A program made the translations under genes and the position numbers. Under the pieces are notes generated by a model. It was not told the origin of the DNA. It saw only the letters and a program-made list of their open reading frames with translations, and searched no databases. Below, one piece after another: positions 1 through 12,044 of a stretch of 64,000 nt of DNA. The stretch is from Epiperipatus broadwayi (Eukaryota > Animalia > Onychophora). Numbering within the stretch: position 1 is the first letter of the stretch; the number at the start of each line of letters is the position of its first letter. The DNA lies in assembly GCA_028023455.1 (NCBI GenBank), contig JAQFVV010000005.1:7998001-8062000 (forward strand), read 5' to 3'.

Positions 1-73
1 TTATAGCTATATGTATATGTTTCACGTATGATTGAAGTGGCATCGATCATATCGTGATTATATATATATATAT

Positions 74-1800
74 TGTAACGGAAACCCAGTGGATCGAAAG
101 GCTTAAACTTCCCTTTTATATAGATATAATGGGGAATTCTTATAATTCAAGATCGCCCACTTTCCTCTACCACAAGCAGAGAGAAAATACGGTCATAAAC
201 GAGTCTATACCCGTACTTGACCGAACTTGTATGCTATACAGGTATAGCTCAAGTTATATTTCTCGGTCAACCTTCTCCCGACTGCTGTAAGATTTAACAG
301 AGTTACAGCACTTGGATAATTATAAATTTAATGGGATCAAATACTGCACCACTAGCTTCACGTGTTAATTAAGTGCTCAAATGCATAATAATTATTTCCC
401 AACCCTAAGATTCTATTATTTTGGAAGTGGCGAAGAAAGAGACGAAATAGATTTTACATAAATAAAAGATATTTAATACAATAAATTATAATCAAAGAAA
501 CACTCAAAATTATAAACACTCAATATAAAAAACAGATTATGCTATAACACTACAAAAAATAAATAAAATACAATAGAAGATTCTATAAATGATTGCAATC
601 TGTGGAAATAACTTATCCCTTTATAGTCATTTCAAATATTCAAAGAGTCTAATTAATGTCTATCTTATTGTATGTGGGATTGGCAATTGCATTAAATTTA
701 AAGGTATGTGCACATAATTATATAAAATGTCTTATTCATAATTACCTAGGTGATAAAGTCTTCGAATAAACTTGGCATCTTGCTGACCGTCCCGTGGAAT
801 TTTTCCCACTTCTTTAGTAGGGAACGGTCGCTCTTCGGTTATATTTGATTGTTGGAACTCCTCCATATTGTGGGCATCAAGGCAAGGCAAAAACGAACTC
901 CTCGGCAGGCGCTATGTCGGCAGTTGTTACATCGAGACACGAACCATTATAGCATGGAAGTCTGGATCGACCGGCTATCATGACTGGCCCTTAGCCACAC
1001 ATCCTCAAATCTTCCCTTATGTTATAGTTTGTTTTCATGTTCCCAAAATTTAACTTTTCATGCCTGCTTTCTATTATATTTCTCTCCTTCTTATCAGAGC
1101 AGTGTCCTCACTGAAGTCTCGACCAATACTGTTTTTCAATTAATTAATTAATGATCTTTATTTTTCAAATTCTTTCCTTATCTTGATCTCTTGCAGGGTT
1201 TTTTTTATTTCACACCTTTTTACTTTAAAAATGCTTTCAACAACTTATACAAAATTTTTTATAATTTGATATAATTTTATAATATAATATTTTAAATTTA
1301 TTTCTCAATCATTTTCTTTAAATAAATTATTTCATTTTGACATGAAATAATTTGTACTCTCTTTATTCATACATTCACACATGCATTTCATTTTTGTCAA
1401 AATGTGTAATTTTAAGAACAGATCTTTATCTTTTCGTTGCATTCTAAATTTTACTTATATTTTATTTAAACTTCCCCAACTATCGCTTTTGTTTTTATAT
1501 CATTAAGTTTTTTATTTTATTTATATTTCATTTTTCATTTTTTTTAATCTTACACTAAACACATGATATCAATATTTTTTAACCTTAACATTTCTATTCT
1601 TTCTAAAATCTGAACTTTGAAGGGTAAAAGATAAGAATCATTTCGATTCTAATTTTCCCTCTTTTTTTGATTAAACATTTCTTTGTTTTGTAAATTTTTT
1701 TTAAACTCACTTTTTTTATAACCCAAGCACAATATTTAACATTCATTAAATGTCAAATATCTGTATGTGTGACCGCAGTATGTGCGATCATCACCTTACA
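74..1800 (-). repeat. 3' LTR of E1
   Basis: Matches 5521-7234. On the minus strand it starts TGTAAGG directly after the purine tract and ends CCGTTACA. Confidence 0.92.
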
Positions 1801-1813
1801 CCGTTCCCCTCCT
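1801..1813 (-). other. Polypurine tract of E1
   Basis: AGGAGGGGAACGG on the minus strand, immediately 5' of the 3' LTR. Confidence 0.75.
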
Positions 1814-2723
1814 TTAAAATTTTTTCTTAAAAAATTTTAACTTACTGCACTTCAAGCTAGATGCTCCTAACTACTGTTAGAACCATTTTATATCTATTTA
1901 CTCCTACTATGACTTAGTGATGAGATTATTCCTAGAGAGGCAACCAGGCAAATTACAACCTACTCTGATGACCCAACCAGCATTGTTAAACCAATTTAAT
2001 CTTGCTAAAATATTACATAAATTTATTTCTGCCTCCTACTTGTATATACAGGTTCGAGTCCACAGGATATCTCTGTAACTCGATTAAACCTGTTCATACC
2101 TCACACTTTACAAATGATAACTCTCTAAGTGCCAACTTTGGTCACTATTACCGAGGGGGGTTAGGAGGCTGGCATCTTTTTGTCCAGCTCATCCATGAGC
2201 TCAGAATATTTTACTGATAACTCATATTTTTTTTATAAAGAGGTTCTTTCTCCATAGATTGGTTTTTAAACCATTGACTCACAATATTTATCAAATATCT
2301 TAATCCAGTGAGTCATTCTGAGAAGGGGATCTCTGTCCCTGTCTTCTCTATATAATAAGATTTGGTAACCGCAGAACACACATGAATGCATAACAGAGAA
2401 GGCACACCATATACTGCTAAGATCCATCTACAAATATCTAGACCTACACACCTTCAGCCTCTATCTATGATCTCACACTAGTATCTATCATATGTTTTTC
2501 TCAGTTTATACTAAAGTCTTTTATCCTTTTTTTATTTACTGGCATCTCATTTCTTTATATTATCATGATTAATGTTAAAGTCCATTCTCCATTACTCTTG
2601 ATCCAATTCCATTTCCAATCTGGTATCAGTGAATCCTTTCTTTATTGATGCTGGTGTTTATATTTTATCTGGTGGTTGTCTTTCTCTATTGATCTCACCT
2701 CTGCCTCCTCTGGGATGTGGATT

Positions 2724-4122
2724 TTAATCCCTAAGTTCTCGGTCTTCAGTCCTGTCAAATGGATGCTTACATTCCATCTCCAATCTTTGTCGTCCATTTT
2801 CCTGCCTCCTTGGGTTCCACTTTGTAAAATATCTCCGGTTTTCTTGCCATAGTCCTTCACTAGGATCCCATCCATTTTTTATTATAAGAGGTTCTTTTGG
2901 AGGCAGTCTAGGTTTATATCCATCCTCCTTCTGGTCGTCCCTGGTGGTATCCAATGCACTCAGCAACTTGGCCACATAGTGCACCATCCTCCTCTCTGTA
3001 CTGATTAGAATCTGTTCTATATCTTTTGGGAACCCATGCCTAGTTATCCGGAGTATTTGCATCTCATAATGGGTTTGCGGTCATCATCCGCAACTTGGCT
3101 ACTTGATGGTGGAAGAAGGTTATAAATGATTCCTCCGGTCTCCATTTCTTCTGTGCTATCTGATGCAGCATGTCTTCTTGGAGTTCCTCACTCCAATAAC
3201 TGGTCCTCAATGCTTTATGGTATCCTGCAAATGTTGTGGGCTTCTGGAACAGGGAGTTCCACCAGACTTGAGATTCGCCCTGCAAATGACTGCAGGAAAC
3301 TGCTATCTTGGCCTCTTCGTGCATCCTACTAAACTTGAAATACCACTCCAGGCTTTCCAAGTGCTCCATAGGGCTTTCTCCAGGGTCTCCAGTGAAAACT
3401 TGTATTTTGAGAAATTGGGGGAAGCTGATAGGATAATCCATGTGACTTCCATAGTCCTTATCTCTACATTCTCCAGTGATTCTTGGTCCTATGCCCTTTA
3501 CTTCAGTATCGGCACTGTTATTGGCTGACCTCCTTATCCTCTCTTCGAATTTTGTGTTCAACCTTTCTACTGCCTTCGCTATCTGAATTATATTTTCCTG
3601 CATGCTTGTCAGTGTCCTACTATCCTCTACTTTTATTACTTCCCCTTCTTCATCTAACTTTCTTATTTCCCTTTCTGGGCACCCTATGTCTTCTCTCAGA
3701 TCAAACTCAGCTGACTCTCTACCTATACTCTCAGCCCTTTCTACTTCATCTTATACACATGGCTCCATACTCTTTTGTTTATCCCACTCTATTTCTCTGT
3801 AAAATCCATTTCTTGTGTTCTTAGCCTCTGATTGCTGGATGACATCATTAATTTCTTCCCTGGCTTCAGCAATTCTTTTCTGGTTGTCTATTTCTATCTT
3901 TACCAGCCATTCTTCCATCCTTCTTTCTTGTCTGTCCATGTAGTCCTTCATGAATTGCTCTTGCTCAACCCTCATTTGCATTAGCATATCCATGATATCA
4001 CTATGGTTTATTTTATACTTTACTTTCATCTCCTTATCTTCATCCCCTTCTCTTACTTCCTTTTCTTGTTTGTCCATTTTAGTTTGGGACCTTGTACGCA
4101 TAGATATAATTTTATTTAACAC
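2724..4122 (-). pseudogene. gag: Ty3/gypsy gag (coiled-coil N-terminus plus capsid), disrupted
   Basis: ORFs 3751-4122 and 3064-3603 share a frame split by a single TAA; 2724-3062 continues after a frameshift. Capsid-like motif FTGDPGESPMEHLESLEWYF...SHLQGESQVWWNSL...TFAGYHKAL. Confidence 0.8.
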
Positions 4123-5497
4123 TTCTTGATATCTGTATTTATTATTGTTTTACTAAACTCTTCCGAATATATTTATGTAAAAACAAAATTTCTTTCTACT
4201 GACTCTATGCTTTCCGCTTTGATTAACTTTTAATATATTTGTTATTTGTTCTCTATGAGTTAGCACTTAGATCGCTAGCCAACCCAAACATCCGCACTCT
4301 GGTTCATTCTCTTGTTCGCCTGCCTTAGACTTGTTTGACTGCCTGCCTGACCTTGATGATTGTCTGATATTTTTTTTCCCAACTTATCCAACTCTGCCTC
4401 ACTATACTTCAATTAATGTTGCACTTATATATTTTTAATATTCCATTTATAAATTCGATCGAAGGTCACGGTTGTTTTAAAACCAAATCATACACATATA
4501 TATTTTTTTAACGGACTAACCTCCTTCGTTACACACACTATGTTTGTAATTTATATTATCTCTTTACTATTTTAAAATCATACACATATTTTTCCTTCCA
4601 TTAATTAATATACTTCGTTATACTTACTATCTTTTGTAATTTATCGATTACTTCCCCTTCTCGAATCTTTAAAATCATACGTATATATTTTTCTTCAACC
4701 TAACAAATACACTCGAACATTTTTATCATTTATCATTATAAATATTTTATTTTCAGCTTGACCGAGATACACTATTATTATAAATTCACACATATATCTT
4801 CTCAACTTCGCTTATACATGCGATTATTCTAAAGTTCAACATATATATTTCTTCTTCAACTTAACTGAGATACGTGAATATTTTAGAATCTATCATTTAT
4901 GATTAAAACCCTCCTAAAACTGCTTTATTCCTTTTAACTTAAACTACTCTATTTTCGTTACAACAAACATCTAGATAATCTATATTTGATCGCTATAATT
5001 ATAGCTGAATACACTTTATTATTACGATGATGAATTCATACACACATTTATTTATTTTTAACTTAACTGGAATATGCGACTATTTTTTACTATTTAGCAT
5101 TAAAACTTTCATGAAACTATGTTTTATTCTTTTTTTTCTCTTTCCTGAAATGATTTATATTTCATTACTAGCAATTATTTGAGATAATCAATCCTTTGTT
5201 CATGACGATTATATTGAAATACTTCTAGTCTTTTATTAAATACGTCACAATGCATTTCGAAACTTTCTTAATATTAAAATCTTCCCTTCTTTCTATTCTT
5301 CATACACACTTGACAATGAAACACCTATATGAAGTAGTATAAAGCAAAAATTTATCCCCTTCATCTTCGCTTCTAACCACTCTGATTTACAACACAAATT
5401 TTATATATATTTAAAAACACATATATTATTTCAGAAAATATTTTCGTTATCTTACAAAATTATTCAACAAGTGATCACTAATTGCACAGCAATAGAA

Positions 5498-5517
5498 ATC
5501 CTGGACTGTGGCCCCCA
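5498..5517 (-). other. Degenerate tRNA-Pro-type primer binding site of E1
   Basis: TGGGGGCCACAGTCCAGGAT, 3 nt after the 5' LTR; resembles the tRNA-Pro PBS TGGGGGCTCGTCCGGGAT. Confidence 0.6.
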
Positions 5518-5520
5518 AAA

Positions 5521-7234
5521 TGTAACGGAAACCCGGCGGATCGAAAGGCTTAAACTTCCCTTTTATATAGATATAATGGGGAATTCTTATAATTCAAGAT
5601 CGCCCACTTTCCGTTACCGCAAGCAGAGAGAAAATACGGACATAAACGAGTCTATACCCGTACTTGACTGAACTTGTATGCTATACAGGTATAGCCCAAG
5701 TTATATTTCCTGGTCAACCTTCTCCCGATTGCTGTAAGATTTAACAGAGTTACAGCACTTGGATAATTATAAATTTAATGGGATCAAATACTGCACCACT
5801 AGCTTCATGTATTAATTAAGTACTCAAATGCATAATAATTATTTCCCAACCCAAAGATTCTATTATTTTGGAAGTGGCGAAGAAAGAGACGAAACAGATT
5901 TTACATAAATAAAAGATATTTAATACAATAAATTATAATCAAAGAAACACTCAAAATTATAAGCACTCAACATAAAAAACAGATTATGCTATAACACTAC
6001 AAAAAATAAATAAAATACAATAGAAGATTCTATAAATGATTGCAATCTGTGGAAATAACTTATCCCTTTATAGTCATTTCAAATATTCAAAGAGTCTAAT
6101 TAATGTCTATCTCATTATATGTGGGATTGGCAATTGCATTAAATTTAAAGGTTGTGCACATAATTATATAAAATGTCTTATTCATAATTACCTAGGTGAT
6201 AAAGTCTTCAAATAAACTTGGCATCTTGCTGACCGTCCCATAGAATTTTTCCCACTTCTTTAATAGGGAACAGTCGCTCTTCGGTTATATTTGATTGTTG
6301 GAACTCCTCCGTATTGTGGGCATCAAGGCAAGGCAAAAATGAACTCCTCAGCAGGCGCTATGTCGGCAGTTGTTACATCGAGATGCGAACCATTATAGCA
6401 TGGAAGTCTGGATCGACTGGCGATCGCGACTGGCCCTTAGCCACACATCCTAGAAGCTTCCCTTATGTTATAGTTTGTTTTCATGTTCCCAAAATTTAAC
6501 TTTTCATGTCTGCTTTCTATTATATTTCTCTCCTTCTTATCAGAGCAGTGTCCTCACTGAAGTCTCGACCAATACTGTTTTTCAATTAATTAATTAATGA
6601 CCTTTATTTTTCAAATTCCTTCCTTAACTTGATCTCTTGCGGGGGGGGGGGGTTATTTCACACCTTTTTACTTTAAAAATGCTTTCAACAACTTATACAA
6701 AATTTTTTATAATTTTATAATATAATATTTTACATTTATTTCTCAATCATTTTCTTTAAATAAATTATTTCATTTTGACATGAAATAATTTGTACTCTCT
6801 TTATTCATACATTCACACATGCATTTCATTTTCGTCAAAATGTGTAATTTTAAAAACAGATCTTTATCTTTTCGTTGCATTCTAAATTTTACTTATATTT
6901 TATTTAAACTTCCCCAACTATTGCTTTTGTTTTTATATCATTAAGTTTTTTATTTTATTTATATTTCATTTCTCATTTTTTTTAATCTTACACTAAACAC
7001 ATGATATCGATATTTTTTAACCTTAACATTTCTATTCTTTCTAAAATCTGAACTTTGAAGGGTAAAAGATAAGAATCGTTTCATTTCCAATTCCCCCCTC
7101 TTTTTTTAATTAAACATTTCTTTGTTTTGTAAATTTTTTTTAAACTCACTTTTTTTATAACCCAAGCACAATATTTAACATTTGTTAAATGTCAAATATC
7201 TATATGTATGACCACAGTATGTGCGATCATCACA
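5521..7234 (-). repeat. 5' LTR of E1
   Basis: Direct repeat of 74-1800 with a 5-nt deletion near its start. Many differences are CpG-type transitions. Confidence 0.92.
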
Positions 7235-7304
7235 ATATATATATTAGAAATAGTAATTCAATAAAAATTATTTAATCAGACAACTTTTATAATAATATAT
7301 TTCT

Positions 7305-7991
7305 ATATATATTAATTTGATTATAGTTGCTGACCACATTAATGATTTATTTTCTAGATTCTAAATAGAGTTCCTATTGTTAAATTATTATGTGAAAGCT
7401 TATTTAATTATCATGGGCTTATTTAAAATCCCACTATAAAAATTGTACACATATATATGTACCCATTATACAATAACATTATATCATTATGATATTCTCA
7501 TAATAAATATTACCAAAATCACACTTTTCTTTAAGTTTGGATGATATTATCATAATATTCTCATAATGATAACTAAAATAACCATAATTAATAATTAAGC
7601 ACATTGCTTGAAATCTTACCTGAAATCATACTCATTACCATTTAGATCCATTGTATTAGAAATTATGCATCCCTTTGCTTCATCATTAATTAACTCACAT
7701 ATCTTTTAGCCTTATTTGATTCTTAGTCTATGACATTCCTTTTTTGTCATGCTAGTTAATTATCACTATTAAGATATCATGCTTCCCTGCTGAGTCTCTT
7801 GCACTGGAATGAATTTAATTTATCTGTATCAGAGGAGATGTTGTCATAGTGTTATAGATTTAGGGAATGGGCAAATAGGTTAGAATTCATGATTACTCCT
7901 AACCTGTGTATCTCAGCCATGACAGAATTTTATGTACATTTGCTCAGATTCTAGGTCTTGTTGAAGGAACATACAAATCTGACTGGTACAG
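7305..7991. repeat. Diverged repeat or duplicated segment, copy 1 (copy 2 at about 20737-21533; bases 1-73 also match 15843-15913)
   Basis: Collinear similarity of roughly 80% by eye, e.g. the shared block CCTGAAATCATACTCATTACCATTTAGATCCATTGTATTAGAA. Confidence 0.8.
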
Positions 7992-8526
7992 GGTTTTTTC
8001 CCCAGGCTTGGCACCACAATGTGGGCCTTCAATATATATAACCCACATACCTCAATAATGATAGAGGTTTTTTTCTTCTTCCTGTGCTTTGGACACCACA
8101 GTGAAACTTTGATATATATATATCCTACATAAGCCTGAATACCATTATCCATTCTAACTGTGACATTTTAGATGTTAAATTTTATTTTTTTTAATGTGTA
8201 ATTTTTTTTCTCTCACTTCAATCATTTATTCATTACATGTATATGAGCATGGATGGCCCAGAGATTATTTTGTAAATTATTAGTCATAATGTATTGGATG
8301 GCACCCTTAATATAAATTTGCTAACAGGTACTTGACCAAACAACATGATTCATATAAGCTTAAGGTTTAAGCTTGGATAATTGGATAATATAGTGTATGA
8401 GTCAAAGGAAGGAAAGCAAGAGTAAAATTTATATATATATATATTAATTCTAATGTTTTCACGGATAAAAGATGTCATATTATTATTACTATTTGCGGGA
8501 TATTCCGTGTAGTGAAAAAGCTAAAT

Positions 8527-8566
8527 GCTGACGTTTCAGTACAATATCAAGTACCTTCCTCAGAGC
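8527..8566 (-). ncRNA. Minimal type I hammerhead ribozyme (PLE-associated)
   Basis: GCT-CTGAGGA-AGGTAC ttgatatt GTACT-GAAA-C-GTC-AGC: core boxes, stem II, palindromic ACGT helix III, GUC cleavage triplet and a 3-bp stem I. Confidence 0.75.
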
Positions 8567-9117
8567 GTCCTCTTTCTCAAATCATAAGAATGCATGTGAG
8601 ATTTAAAATCGTTTTCTTTCTCCTCATATTTAAATTCTATTGGTTGAGAAGTTTTAAAATTTATTTTCTCTTCCAATAGTTTCTTCCAAATGTTGTTAAT
8701 CTTCTTTAACTCACACCTTTCATTTATGCTCTTGGGCCTTTTAAAAATCTCTATAGCTTCTCTTAGCAATCTCTGGTCATATTGTTCAATTTTTGCTAAA
8801 ATATTTGTTTTTTCAAAATTGATATCATGATTTGTTAATTTAATATGAGAATAAATAGCTGATGAATTGGATTTTTCTCTCACTGCCAGAATGTGTTCTT
8901 CCTTTCTAATATTTATTCTACGATTAGTCTGTCCTATATATGTATGTGGACAGACCCTACATGGAATTTCATACACACTATGACACTCCAAAGCAATTTT
9001 ATCTTTAGGAAGAGGAAATATTTCACTAATTTTTTTATAAGTAGTGTAAATTGTGTGAATATTATTATTCTTTAAAATGTTACCAATTCTATCAGTTACT
9101 CCTTTAATATATGGCAA
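8560..9117 (-). CDS. PLE C-terminal region with GIY-YIG endonuclease (185 aa fragment, no RT)
   Basis: LPYIKG-type start, then VYEIPCRVCPHTYIGQTNRRINIRKEEH...SAIYSH...LLREAIEI, the typical Penelope GIY-YIG signature. Confidence 0.85.
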   Translation of the reverse strand: MPYIKGVTDRIGNILKNNNIHTIYTTYKKISEIFPLPKDKIALECHSVYEIPCRVCPHTYIGQTNRRINIRKEEHILAVREKSNSSAIYSHIKLTNHDINFEKTNILAKIEQYDQRLLREAIEIFKRPKSINERCELKKINNIWKKLLEEKINFKTSQPIEFKYEEKENDFKSHMHSYDLRKRTL

Positions 9118-9250
9118 AATTGTCTTAATTTTTGATGTATCAAAATCTTTTTTCTTTTGATTTTCTTTTTTTTTTTAATTACAAAATTATTAATAGGGCT
9201 TATACATATTAAAAAAAAAAGATTTTGATACATCAAAAATTAAGACAATT

Positions 9251-9818
9251 TTGCCATATATTAAAGGAGTAACTGATAGAATTGGTAACATTTTAAAGAA
9301 TAATAATATTCACACAATTTACACTACTTATAAAAAAATTAGTGAAATATTTCCTCTTCCTAAAGATAAAATTGCTTTGGAGTGTCATGGTGTGTATGAA
9401 ATTCCATGTAGGGTCTGTCCACATACATATATATATATATATAGGACAGACTAATCGTAGAATAAATATTAGAAAGGAAGAACACATTCTGGCAGTGAGA
9501 GAAAAATCCAATTCATCAGCTATTTATTCTCATATTAAATTAACAAATCATGATATCAATTTTGAAAAAACAAATATTTTAGCAAAAATTGAACAATATG
9601 ACCAGAGATTGCTAAGAGAAGCTATAGAGATTTTTAAAAGGCCCAAGAGCATAAATGAAAGGTGTGAGTTAAAGAAGATTAACAACATTTGGAAGAAACT
9701 ATTGGAAGAGAAAATAAATTTTAAAACTTCTCAACCAATAGAATTTAAATATGAGGAGAAAGAAAACGATTTTAAATCTCACATGCATTCTTATGATTTG
9801 AGAAAGAGGACGCTCTGA
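9251..9818 (+). pseudogene. Second copy of the PLE GIY-YIG region, frameshifted
   Basis: Matches 8560-9117 apart from one visible substitution (S to G) and a 10-nt (AT)5 expansion in the HTYIG codons. Confidence 0.85.
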
Positions 9819-9851
9819 GGAAGGTACTTGATATTGTACTGAAACGTCAGC
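9812..9851 (+). ncRNA. Minimal type I hammerhead ribozyme (PLE-associated), second arm
   Basis: Same sequence as 8527-8566, on the opposite strand. Confidence 0.75.
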
Positions 9852-10301
9852 ATTTAGCTTTTTCACTACACGGAATATCCCGCAAATAGTAATAATAATA
9901 TGACACACACACATATATATATATGTAGTACTAAAAAAATTTTTTTTGATTGATTATTATTGTAACTAAGGGGTATAAGTTATAGTATTATATATTGTTA
10001 TAAGTAATAACTAAGATAAGGTAGCACTATAAGGAAGGATTATAAGGAAGGAGCATTGCAGATATTAAAAAGATTTGGGGATGACAGAGTGGCAGACAGA
10101 AAATTATGGAGGGAAAGTGGAAAGGTGGATATCCCATTGTGAATTTGAAATTGGACCAAGAAACAGAAAGTAAGGACAGTGAAAAAATCTAAGTAAGAGA
10201 TATTATTTTATTGGAGAACAATAAGGAAAGCAACAGTATGGTGTGTGATCAAAGGGTGATGACAAATATGAACCCACTGGGTATAACCAAGTCCAGAGAT
10301 C

Positions 10302-12044
10302 ATGGTCAAGGACTCAGAAAAATTGTTATATGACATAGACCTGGGACAAAATGTGTCAGAGATTAATCAAAATATGATAACCATAATGCAGAGACTAGTA
10401 CAAGGGATGGTGGAAATGAAAAAAAAATCTGAGAAACAAATGAAAAAAATAACAAAGACACAAACTGAGGAAATAGAAAAAGGAAGGGCTGAAGCCAGAT
10501 TACAATTTGATGAAATAGAAAGAAATATCAATGAAAGATTTCTGAGAATCGAAGAATAAAGTCAAAAGACAGAAGATTGGGTAAAGCAGACTTTCAAAGA
10601 AACAGTGTCAATTATATGGGATGTTAAAGATGATTGCTACCAAGTTCAATATCAGGTTTAACATTGTGAGACTATTTTAGAGGAGATTCACAAAACATTA
10701 TGAACCAGGAGGACAAATTAAGAGAACTCCAAGAATCACAATATGACATGCATAGAAAGATATACACATTAGAAGAAAATGCCAAGCATGAACAGGAGAC
10801 ATCCCAGAAGCAGATGCAAGATATCAAGATTAGCTTACAAGAGTCACAAAGGAAAATACATCTGGATTTCAGAGAGACTGTAGAAGACCACCAGGAATTT
10901 GAACTAATAAAAATAAGGCTGGAGCCCACGTAGGAACAATCTAGAATACCAGGATTTGTGACAGAGTCATGTTATTTATCAAGAATGTTGAAAAAACTAA
11001 CCCTGCTGCTGATTGATGTTAAGTGAAATACAGATAGCAGAAAAAGACTGTTCTGGCTACTGAAACTAAATGGAGTAAGGTGGGGAATGTGGTCTTAAGT
11101 GTGATAAATGGCTGTGCTGATGATGTGATTGCAGATGCAGCATGTAAATCAATAGAAATAAAGCAAGAGTTTGATGAAGATAATTCTCTAAATACACCAA
11201 CTGATGTAATTACAAATGGAGGATGCAAATCAAATAAAATTAGAGATTGATCATGTTAATACTATGCTAAATATACAAGCTGATGGGTTCAAAGATGTGC
11301 TTGCTCCCAAGCAAAAACAGATCCATGATGCAATTGGAGATAAAAGAAATGTTGCAGAGAAGTATTAGTAGACATTGCGATGTGAGTTGTGGATGTTGTA
11401 AATGAATAAGTAGATGTTACAAAGAAAAAAACTTCAACTAGATTGTAGTCAAATTTCTAAACAAAAGGAGATCATTAATGCAAGTGAAAATAAGGCAGCT
11501 TTTGCAGAGAAATCCTTAGTATGTGGAGGTGGTGAATGAGTTAGTAGATACAACAAGACAAGAAGTTCAACAAGATTTGAATCAACTGGATAAACTGGGG
11601 ATTCGAACAATAAGAATAGAGAAAGATGGATTTCAAGGGCTCCCTGAATTACCCCATGAAAATCAAGCACAGTTAAAAGAATCAGATATTTTAATTGAAG
11701 TGAAGTCACCTTTGACATTAGATCAGATCTGTGTAAATTTTAAGGATTTTCCAGAAAGCAATAAAGTCATCATCATTATGGACCACAAGTGTTCAAAACT
11801 TTTTAATAAGAGCTTATTAACAGATGACAGACTTAAAAAATGGAGCTTGACTTTACAAAAGTTTAACTATAATGTGATGTATTGCCCAGGTCTTGAGAAT
11901 GTGGTAGCTGACCTACTAAGCCATCAATCAATACAGATACAGTTCCAAAATCTGGGAATCCAAGATCAAATCCTCCAGGTAATGGCTGTTGCAGGGAAGT
12001 GCTACTTCAAATCATATATACCCTCAGATTCTGGGGAAGGATAA
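10302..12044 (+). mobile_element. Decayed Ty3/gypsy remnant: gag-like coiled-coil fragments and RNase H C-terminus
   Basis: Coiled-coil ORFs 10302-10559 and 10700-10933. ORF 11523-12044 contains IIMDHK...RLKKWSLTLQKFNYNVMYCPGLENVVADLLSH, the Ty3/gypsy RNase H end motif. Confidence 0.75.

Larger units (their letters stand above)
74..7234 (-). mobile_element. Ty3/gypsy-related LTR retroelement with decayed gag and no recognisable pol (element E1)
   Basis: Two ~1.7 kb direct repeats (74-1800, 5521-7234), roughly 95% identical by eye. On the minus strand the termini are TGTAA...TTACA, with a PBS-like motif after the right LTR, a purine tract before the left LTR and a gag-like ORF inside. Both ends abut (TA)n. 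Confidence 0.92.
8473..9905. mobile_element. Penelope-like element 3' fragment arranged as a near-perfect inverted repeat (arms 8473-9153 and 9215-9905)
   Basis: The arms are reverse complements around a ~60-nt spacer. Each arm encodes a PLE-type GIY-YIG endonuclease region and ends in a hammerhead motif. Confidence 0.9.

Noticed and set aside
868-6499. Short ORFs repeated in both E1 LTRs (54-290/5471-5671 and 868-1053/6314-6499)
   Set aside because: They recur only because the LTR is duplicated. They have no recognisable motifs, and their lengths are within chance expectation.
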